Of a stretch of 64,000 nucleotides of DNA, positions 31,960 through 38,733 are shown piece after piece. The notes under the pieces were generated by a model. The model had not been told where the DNA came from and ran no database searches. It saw only the letters and a program-made list of their open reading frames with translations. Source of the DNA: Nitrospiria bacterium (GTDB lineage Bacteria > Nitrospirota > UBA9217). The DNA lies in NCBI GenBank assembly GCA_919902495.1, contig CAKKRC010000045.1, forward strand, positions 3,162 through 67,161, given 5' to 3'. The translations under genes were made by a program, and so were the position numbers. Position 1 is the stretch's first letter; every line of letters begins with the position of its first letter.

Positions 31960-32970
31960 TTAAATCAGTCCCTTTTCCTTCCAGTACGCCTTCACCTTGG
32001 CCTTGAGCGCCGGGGGCAGGGGGACATAGACAAGTTCCTTCGCCTTGGCGTCACCGTTCGCGAAGGCCCAGTCGAAGAACTTCGTGATGGTGGCATTGGA
32101 TGCTATTTTGTCCTTTGCCAGCAGGATGAATGTGGCTCCGGAGATAGGCCAGGCGTTCTTTCCCGGGGCGTTGGTGAGCCAGAGGTAAAAATCCTTCTTC
32201 GGGTCGAAAGCGCCTGATTCGGCAGCCGCACTGAAGCTCTCGAAGGTCGGATCCACGAACGTGCCTGCCGGGTTCTTCAGTTTCGTCGTGGTAAGGTTGT
32301 TCTGCTTGGCATAGGCGAACTCCACATAGCCGATGGAGCCGGAACTGCGCTTCACATAGTTCGCCACGCCTTCATTGCCCTTGCCGCCGATGCCGACCGG
32401 CCAGTTCACCGATGTTCCCGCGCCGACCTTGTCCTTCCAATTCTTGCACGCGCCGCTCAGGTAGTCGGTGAAGATCGCCGTCGTGCCCGATCCATCGGAC
32501 CGGTGGACCACGGTGATGTCCTTTTTCGGTAGCGAAACACCCGGATTAATGCCCTTGATCATCCCGTCATCCCAGGACTTGATGTCGCCCAGGAATATTG
32601 CGCAGAGCGCCGCAGCGTCAAGCTTCAACGTTCCCGACGACAAGCCTTCCAGGTTCACCACCGGGACCACACCTCCGATGACCGCCGGGAACTGGATCAG
32701 GCTGTCCTTTGCCAGTTCCTCGGGTTTGAGCGGAGCGTCCGAGGCGCCGAAGTCCACGGTCCTGCTCGCGATCTGGCGTATGCCGCCGCCGGAGCCTATG
32801 GACTGATAGTTGATCTTGACTCCTGTCGTCTTGTTGTAGTCATAGGCCCATGCCGAATAGACCGGGTAGGGGAACGACGCGCCCGCTCCGTTCAAGGTGT
32901 CCGCCGCGCTGCTTGTTGACGCCGAAAAGAAAATAACCATTGCCAATGCTGCTATACTCATCTGTCTCAT
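31960..32970 (-). CDS. pstS: Phosphate ABC transporter substrate-binding protein PstS
   Basis: Signal peptide MRQMSIAALAMVIFFSASTSSAAD preceded by RBS AAGGAGAG. PBP fold motifs. Confidence 0.85.
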   Translation of the reverse strand: MRQMSIAALAMVIFFSASTSSAADTLNGAGASFPYPVYSAWAYDYNKTTGVKINYQSIGSGGGIRQIASRTVDFGASDAPLKPEELAKDSLIQFPAVIGGVVPVVNLEGLSSGTLKLDAAALCAIFLGDIKSWDDGMIKGINPGVSLPKKDITVVHRSDGSGTTAIFTDYLSGACKNWKDKVGAGTSVNWPVGIGGKGNEGVANYVKRSSGSIGYVEFAYAKQNNLTTTKLKNPAGTFVDPTFESFSAAAESGAFDPKKDFYLWLTNAPGKNAWPISGATFILLAKDKIASNATITKFFDWAFANGDAKAKELVYVPLPPALKAKVKAYWKEKGLI

Positions 32971-33022
32971 ATCGCTTCTCTCCTTTTTGAATTTTATCAT
33001 AGATTCTTTATACCGGTGGATT

Positions 33023-33042
33023 GTTACAGGAATATTACAGGG
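33023..33042 (-). promoter_or_regulatory. Putative Pho box (two CTGTAA(T/C) direct repeats with 11-bp periodicity) upstream of pstS
   Basis: On the minus strand: CTGTAATATTC CTGTAACAATC, 50-70 nt upstream of the pstS start. Matches the PhoB-box architecture (7-bp repeats plus 4-bp spacer). Confidence 0.5.
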
Positions 33043-33287
33043 AAAGAGAATTTTGTGACCTGACCTGGACAAACCAAACAAATGACCCAATGCATCTCAC
33101 GCACCCAAAAGCAGGCGCTACTAAGCGAGCCGCAAACGCCAAGAAGATCATGAATCGACAGCCCAAATGCTAGAGATGTTGGCTTTCCTTTGCGAGCTCA
33201 GCGACTTTGCGCGAAACGGCCATGTCCTCTTGAGAAGAACTTGATCTGTTATTGGGTAAAACGTGGGGGAAAGGATTGTAGAGGGCC

Positions 33288-34487
33288 ATGCTTTATGCTA
33301 TAGTTTTATCTCAAATAAAAAAAATGAAACAGGACAATGCGGACATATTCGTTCCCCGGGTAAGCCCCAAGCCAGGTCTCCTTCCGGCACCTGAGAAACT
33401 GAACGCCTTCCTCGACGGCATGAAAAAGGAAGGCTACCTCGTAACGCTGGTGAACGGCATCGGAAAGGTCCGGGAAATGCTGATCGACATCGACGTGTTC
33501 GAGCAGCGGCGAAAGCTGGAACCGGGCCTCCAGGACCTCCGTGAACGGATGGTGTTCGGCGTTCTCCGTCATTCGCGTTTCATCAACGAAGAGCTCCTGA
33601 CCGCTGCAGCCCAGTTCCAGTATCAGCTCAAGGCCCTCATCGAGTGCGACTTCGAAAGCCCCGCCGAATTCATCGCCAGCGCCGAGAAGACGATGAAGAA
33701 GCTGAAGCGGCACAAGATCGACGATATGGTCAGGATGGGGCGGTTGACGGAGATGGTCGAGGAACGCAGGAATATCCTTGTCGGGCTCGACGCCCGGTGG
33801 GCTGCCTTGACCGGTGAGCTTCGCGATATCGTGGACTTTGTCCGGGTGAATCTTCTCCGGATCGAGACGCTCTGCCATAAGTCCATCGTCGTGCTCGTCG
33901 AGATCGGCCTGGAGAAAAAGAAAGAGAACGACCTTATCGAAGAGATCCGTGAACAGTTCCTGCAGGAGCTCAAGAGCGCGACGGGGGTCCGCCAACTGAC
34001 CGATGGGGACCTGGAAAAAGCGAAGGAGATCTGCGACCGGCTCGCGAAGAAGCTGTCGGAAATGATACGGGACGACCAGTACTCCCTGTCATGGATTTAT
34101 GAGGTGGTGCACGATCGCGCGAAGGGCATCGTCGCGGAACTCGACGGCCTTTTGGACGACCTGGCCCGAATGAAGGCCGAGGAGCGGCGGGAAAGTCTGC
34201 TGTTGTACCAGAAGATCGGGCAGGTCCTCATTTCGCTTATTGTTGATTTTCCCGCCGGGCTGCGGCCCGGGAAGATCGATCTCGGCGCAACGCGAAATGC
34301 CCATCTCATGGAAAAGCGGCGCGATATGATCGACCACCTGCTCGACCAGGCCGGGCTGGAGCGCAGGGAGCGGTCGGACCGCAGGGCGCGGCAGGAACGT
34401 CGGAAGGCAAAGGACCCGAACTATTCGGGGCCGGAGCGGCGCATAAATACGGAACGGCGGACCAGGGCGGGAAGAAGGGTGGGGTAG
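33288..34487 (+). CDS. Hypothetical alpha-helical protein with highly basic R/E-rich C-terminal tail
   Basis: 399 aa ORF divergent from pstS. No recognisable motifs. C-terminus ERRERSDRRARQERRKAKDPNYSGPERRINTERRTRAGRR. Confidence 0.5.
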   Translation: MLYAIVLSQIKKMKQDNADIFVPRVSPKPGLLPAPEKLNAFLDGMKKEGYLVTLVNGIGKVREMLIDIDVFEQRRKLEPGLQDLRERMVFGVLRHSRFINEELLTAAAQFQYQLKALIECDFESPAEFIASAEKTMKKLKRHKIDDMVRMGRLTEMVEERRNILVGLDARWAALTGELRDIVDFVRVNLLRIETLCHKSIVVLVEIGLEKKKENDLIEEIREQFLQELKSATGVRQLTDGDLEKAKEICDRLAKKLSEMIRDDQYSLSWIYEVVHDRAKGIVAELDGLLDDLARMKAEERRESLLLYQKIGQVLISLIVDFPAGLRPGKIDLGATRNAHLMEKRRDMIDHLLDQAGLERRERSDRRARQERRKAKDPNYSGPERRINTERRTRAGRRVG

Positions 34488-34839
34488 AAGGGTTTATTCG
34501 TAATGAAGTTGAAAGACAACTACGAACTTCTGTCTCTCGCAAAGCCGCCAAGCACGCAAAGTGAAACAACGACAGAAGAAAGAATAAGGGCTCTGATCTT
34601 GATGCAATAATCTTAATCAAGTACGTATGTCCATCCTCTTATTGCAGCTTCCTGTTCTTGTGATGTTCATCCTTTCTTTGCGTCTGGTTTGTTTTAGTCA
34701 AGTATTTTTATAAAAGCATTGCTTTTAAGATGTCGTGGTCTTTGAGTGCGGCACCTTATCCAATTCTGGTTTAAAGGGTCTCGACAGAGCCCTGATCTTG
34801 CTTGATTGGAAATAAGGTGCAAGCGGGAAGTCATGTAAG

Positions 34840-36300
34840 CTTTGCGAGAAGGTCGGCTGGGCCGCCTTAAATGACGCAAACGATGATCTCCCCGCTCACA
34901 CGCAACGACCGTATCTGTTACGCCGCTTCTTGGAAAGTTGGTTTCGCGTAGTTCTCAACGTAAACGCTATGATCACGCACCAGAGCGAATATAAGCACCA
35001 GAAGTTTCCGGCTGACCGCCACGAGGGCTTTGGTCTTCTTCATGCCCCGGCTCAGCGCTCGCTGATACCACGCGTGCATCACACCGTCTTTTCGCACCGC
35101 GCTCAGTGCTGCAAGGTACAAAAGCTTGCGCATGAGTGGCCTGCCGCGCTTGGAAATTCGAAGCTTGCCCCGGTGTTTTCCCGAACTGACCTCATACAGA
35201 TCAAGCCCCGCGAGCTTCATTACCTCGGAGATGGTGCCAAATTTGGTGAAATCTCCAACTTCTCCGATCAGTCCCGCTGCGGTGACCGGGCCGATCCCTT
35301 TGAGCGACAGGATGACCCGGCTATAGGGGATCTGCTCCAACTGCCGGACCATCTCCGCCTCCGAATCTTCGATAAAGCAATCGTAGGAGACTATCGTTTC
35401 AAGGATCAGCCTGATCTCCAGAAGCATGCTGTCCCGGCCAGCCGTGATGCCGACCGATGCGCGGGAAGCCTCAAACAGCGCTCTGGCACGGTCTTCTCTG
35501 ATCTTCCCCCGGCTGACTTTTCGGAGCAAAGAGGCCAAGGCCGTTTCTCCGAGGTTTACAATATCCTGCGGCGTCGGGTGATGCTTCAGCAGGTGCTGGG
35601 CGCTCGCGGTTGTTATGTCATGCATCACCTGCAGGAACTCGGGAAAGAAACTCGCCAGAAGGCACTGCATCTGATTAAGCAGCCGGGTACGACTGGTAAT
35701 CGTTCGTTCTCTGCCCTGGGTAAGCCTTCGAAGCTCGGCCGCCGGTCCCTCGGGGATCACCACGGTCAGGGCATGGCCAAGCTCGATAATATCAGCTATG
35801 ACCTTCGGATCCTTCCGGTCGGTCTTGAGCGGCGAATTGCCCGAAAGCTCCTTCAGCCGCTTCGTATGCATCGGGTTGACCTGTACCAGCCGGACGCCTC
35901 TTCTGCTTTTCAGGAACTGCGCCAGGGGCTCCATATACGGCCCCGTGGACTCAAAACCGACGATTATTTCTTCAAGGCCATGCGCTCTCGCTGTCGACGT
36001 GATGCGCTCCAAGAACTCCTGGAAGCCACTGCCGTTGTTCTCAAAGGGCAGCGATTTGCCGTCGGTGCCGTCGGGACAACGAAAATATCCGTAATGCTTT
36101 TCTTTTCCTCCGTCAACCGTTGCGATGAGAACTTTTTTATTGACTGCATAAGGACGTTTTGGTTTAATCTTCTTCACGGCTATGCTCCTTTCTTCGGTTT
36201 GGATTTACCAACTCGCGATTGGTCCAAATCAAGAAAGAGTATAGCCGTTTTTGCTATGGCTTAGCTACTTTCTACAATATAGCAAGCTTTGCGAGAAAAT
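34840..36300. mobile_element. IS110-family insertion sequence (approximate boundaries)
   Basis: IS110-type transposase gene flanked by a repeated aagctttgcgagaa motif at ~34838-34852 and ~36283-36297. IS110 elements lack terminal IRs. Confidence 0.6.
34918..36177 (-). CDS. IS110 family transposase (DEDD_Tnp_IS110 N-domain plus Transposase_20 C-domain)
   Basis: 419 aa. Family hallmarks: IGPVTAAGLIGEVGDFTKF helix-hairpin-helix region and ALVAVSRKLL near the C-terminus. Confidence 0.85.
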   Translation of the reverse strand: MKKIKPKRPYAVNKKVLIATVDGGKEKHYGYFRCPDGTDGKSLPFENNGSGFQEFLERITSTARAHGLEEIIVGFESTGPYMEPLAQFLKSRRGVRLVQVNPMHTKRLKELSGNSPLKTDRKDPKVIADIIELGHALTVVIPEGPAAELRRLTQGRERTITSRTRLLNQMQCLLASFFPEFLQVMHDITTASAQHLLKHHPTPQDIVNLGETALASLLRKVSRGKIREDRARALFEASRASVGITAGRDSMLLEIRLILETIVSYDCFIEDSEAEMVRQLEQIPYSRVILSLKGIGPVTAAGLIGEVGDFTKFGTISEVMKLAGLDLYEVSSGKHRGKLRISKRGRPLMRKLLYLAALSAVRKDGVMHAWYQRALSRGMKKTKALVAVSRKLLVLIFALVRDHSVYVENYAKPTFQEAA

Positions 36301-36324
36301 AGATTTCATTCTTGAGGGGGATAC

Positions 36325-36843
36325 ATGGCAGACTTTCTGAAAGGCGATCTGGTCCGGCACGAGCGGTTCGGTATCGGCCGCATTGCGGAGACGGTAAAGG
36401 GCGGCAGCCTGGACTGCGAGGTCTTCTTCCCGCGGTTGGACAAACAGACCGTAGTGGACATCGATGACCTGCAAAAGCTGTCCGATGCAGAGGCTGCGTC
36501 CTACGAACTGCTCAAGCTGGTTGCCCGAGAGCTGCGCGAAGAAGATATGCCGGCCATCGAGCTGGGAATCCGATGGCAGGGTGGGGAGATGATCCTGAAA
36601 CCGGCGGATGCGTCACAGACGCCCAAGTCGGTTCCGATCGAGACGTTCTTCCATAAGATCGTGATGGTCCGCGACCGTCTCCGCGTCATGGAGGCCCAGA
36701 TCAACGGCCACAAGGTGCTGACCGACGCCGAGAAGGTCGAGATGCAGCAGTACATCACCCGCATCTATGGGTCTCTCACCACATTTAATATCCTGTTCAA
36801 GGACAAGAAGGACCATTTTGTGGGGCAGAAGGGGGAGGGATAA
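36325..36843 (+). CDS. Hypothetical protein
   Basis: 172 aa ORF immediately outside the IS. No recognisable motifs. Confidence 0.4.
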   Translation: MADFLKGDLVRHERFGIGRIAETVKGGSLDCEVFFPRLDKQTVVDIDDLQKLSDAEAASYELLKLVARELREEDMPAIELGIRWQGGEMILKPADASQTPKSVPIETFFHKIVMVRDRLRVMEAQINGHKVLTDAEKVEMQQYITRIYGSLTTFNILFKDKKDHFVGQKGEG

Positions 36844-36944
36844 AGAGCTGATCTCGTGCCACAGAAGTTGAGCATTATTATTGCAGGCTGGTAAAGAACG
36901 GAAATTCGTGTTTTACTAGCCAGAGACGGCTAGACAATCACTGG

Positions 36945-37136
36945 TTATAATTTTCTATCTTTTCTGGCAATCGCTCCGCGCAATTTGCGCCATGAAATTA
37001 CAAAGTGCTTCGTGACTATTTGCTTTTCCGTTTCGTGAGGTTCAACGTGGACGATCTCGATTCCGTGGGGTTCTTCGTAGTACCACGTTTGCGGGCCAAT
37101 GGTTTTTGGACTTCTCGATAAATGCTTATTTGCCAT
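36945..37136 (-). CDS. Small hypothetical protein (63 aa)
   Basis: ORF starts 9 nt downstream of a zinc-ribbon mini-gene. AT-rich context. Confidence 0.35.
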   Translation of the reverse strand: MANKHLSRSPKTIGPQTWYYEEPHGIEIVHVEPHETEKQIVTKHFVISWRKLRGAIARKDRKL

Positions 37137-37145
37137 ATTCGCTCC

Positions 37146-37259
37146 TCATTCAAAATCTTCAAATGCCGACCAATCGCAGTCATCACACCACGCTTGACTC
37201 CAATAATCTGTATCCGTTTCGTGTACGTTTTTGCTTCCGCATTTTGGACATTTAGCCAT
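37146..37259 (-). CDS. Zinc-ribbon mini-protein (37 aa, CPKCG...CDDC)
   Basis: Reverse-strand translation: MAKCPKCGSKNVHETDTDYWSQAWCDDCDWSAFEDFE. Four Cys in a CxxC...CxxC arrangement. Not in the ORF track because it is under 60 aa. Confidence 0.45.
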   Translation of the reverse strand: MAKCPKCGSKNVHETDTDYWSQAWCDDCDWSAFEDFE

Positions 37260-37317
37260 TGATAGTTACCTCGAAAATTATAACCAGCGGCGTCGTGAGG
37301 GACGCTTACGCGCCCCA

Positions 37318-37500
37318 CACGCGCACGTTATCCAATACCAATCCTCACCTTCGTCCCTTCCCCGCAGTGCTCTCTATCTTCATCTCCCATCCATGCGCCC
37401 TGACAAGATGCTTCACGATGGCGAGGCCCAAGCCCGTGCCGCGCATGGTGCGTGACCGGGCGGGGTCCACGCAGTAGAACCGCTCACCCAGGGTCGGTGG
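37318..37500 (-). pseudogene. 3'-terminal remnant of a phoR-like histidine kinase gene (last ~55 codons plus stop)
   Basis: About 88% DNA identity to the 3' end of phoR at 46552-46730, including an identical 44-nt run atcttcatctcccatccatgcgccctgacaagatgcttcacgat. Encodes ...[47 protein letters not shown]. No upstream kinase body. Confidence 0.8.
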
Positions 37501-37564
37501 TACTGTTTTGTTTCAAATATCAACTCTGAGGGAAGATTGTTCAGCAGGGATGGTTTGAGAAACG

Positions 37565-38002
37565 TTAGTCTTCGGGATTGAAGATCGGCAGGCCTTCCTG
37601 ATGTGCGATTAAACAGAGCTTTTGATCGGAACTGACGAAGGTAGGTTTTACGGAAAAATTATTCAGTGCAATAGCCACTTGAATCGCATCGACGGGTTTC
37701 ATGTATCGCGTCAGGATAAGCTCCTCCGCTTTTATGATGTCATCAGTCGTAACGTCAAGGATGGCTATCTCGAATCGCTCGATATCATTGTAAAAAAAGA
37801 GTCGTTGCTGGATAAAGTCTCGATTGCTTGTGAGGTGATCGATTTCGTGCAGTCTTTTTAAGTTGGAGATGACTTCGACAATGGTAAGCGAGGATATGAA
37901 GATATTTTCACTTGACTTCTCTATGAGGTCGGAGATTTTGTCGGTTCCCTTCTCCATCTGATAGCGCTTGAACAGCGCGCTGGTATCGATGAAGAAGGGC
38001 AT
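37565..38002 (-). CDS. vapC: PIN-domain ribonuclease toxin (VapC-like)
   Basis: 145 aa. N-terminal FIDTSALFKRY (conserved Asp) and PIN fold acidic residues. Confidence 0.75.
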   Translation of the reverse strand: MPFFIDTSALFKRYQMEKGTDKISDLIEKSSENIFISSLTIVEVISNLKRLHEIDHLTSNRDFIQQRLFFYNDIERFEIAILDVTTDDIIKAEELILTRYMKPVDAIQVAIALNNFSVKPTFVSSDQKLCLIAHQEGLPIFNPED

Positions 38003-38005
38003 GGT

Positions 38006-38182
38006 TTATCGTTTGTCCCGCGCTTCAGTTACTCTCTTGGATAGCGATATTCCGATATTGGAGAGTGTCACCTGGATATCATGCAGTGTGACTTTTGCTG
38101 CCGGTTGGTTCTTGGCGTAGTCGAGAAGCTTGCGACTGGCATGCGGTTTGAGCTTTGTTTTTATGCCGGTTTTAGTTACCAT
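38006..38182 (-). CDS. Ribbon-helix-helix small protein (VapB-type antitoxin candidate)
   Basis: 58 aa. Strong RBS GAAGGAGACC upstream of ATG. Beta-strand GIKTKL followed by two helices. Ends 3 nt before the PIN gene. Confidence 0.6.
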   Translation of the reverse strand: MVTKTGIKTKLKPHASRKLLDYAKNQPAAKVTLHDIQVTLSNIGISLSKRVTEARDKR

Positions 38183-38265
38183 GATAATGGTCTCCTTCGT
38201 AACTGAATGAATACTAACATATGGTGCTATCACCGTCAAACGAAAAGTAGTACGCGATGTTCCGA

Positions 38266-38556
38266 TCATCCTTTCTTTCGTTCTGTACGCAGATATTGCA
38301 TAGCAAGACCCTTCCGGTCTTTCGGACGCGGCAGCGTCCAGAAATCTGCAGGCAAGGATGATTTTCCGATGCGGACCAGTCCCGCGCGCTCCAGGATCAG
38401 CAGGTGTGGGGCGATCTCCATCTCGGCGCTCAGGATGGGTACGATCTTCGCGACCGGCTTACCCCGGTCGGTGACAATGACCTCTTCGCCGGCCTTGACC
38501 TTGGACAGATATTTGCTGAGCAACGCTTTGAGTTCCGAAACAGCGGCGGTCTTCAT
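38266..38556 (-). CDS. Phd/YefM-family antitoxin-like protein
   Basis: 96 aa. N-terminal MKTAAVSELKALLSKYLSKVKAGEEVIVTDRGKPVAKIVP matches the Phd/YefM fold. Confidence 0.65.
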   Translation of the reverse strand: MKTAAVSELKALLSKYLSKVKAGEEVIVTDRGKPVAKIVPILSAEMEIAPHLLILERAGLVRIGKSSLPADFWTLPRPKDRKGLAMQYLRTERKKG

Positions 38557-38733
38557 CCAATGACCTCCATGGATAATAAGATGTGACCAATATAGTCAAG
38601 TAATGGATGCCAGTCTATGGGAAAATGCTGAAGGTGACGCGAAAACGCTTCAATGAGCGGCTTCATGCAACGATGATCTTCACCTTCGTCCCTTTCTCCG
38701 GGACGCTCTCTATCCTTATTTTCCACCCATGCG

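Noticed and set aside
34930-36264. 444-aa plus-strand ORF covering the IS110 transposase region
   Set aside because: It is the antisense frame of the well-supported IS110 transposase.
37231-37477. Plus-strand ORFs of 72-74 aa over the phoR-remnant region
   Set aside because: The conserved reading frame is on the minus strand, matching the phoR C-terminus. The plus-strand ORFs are incidental.
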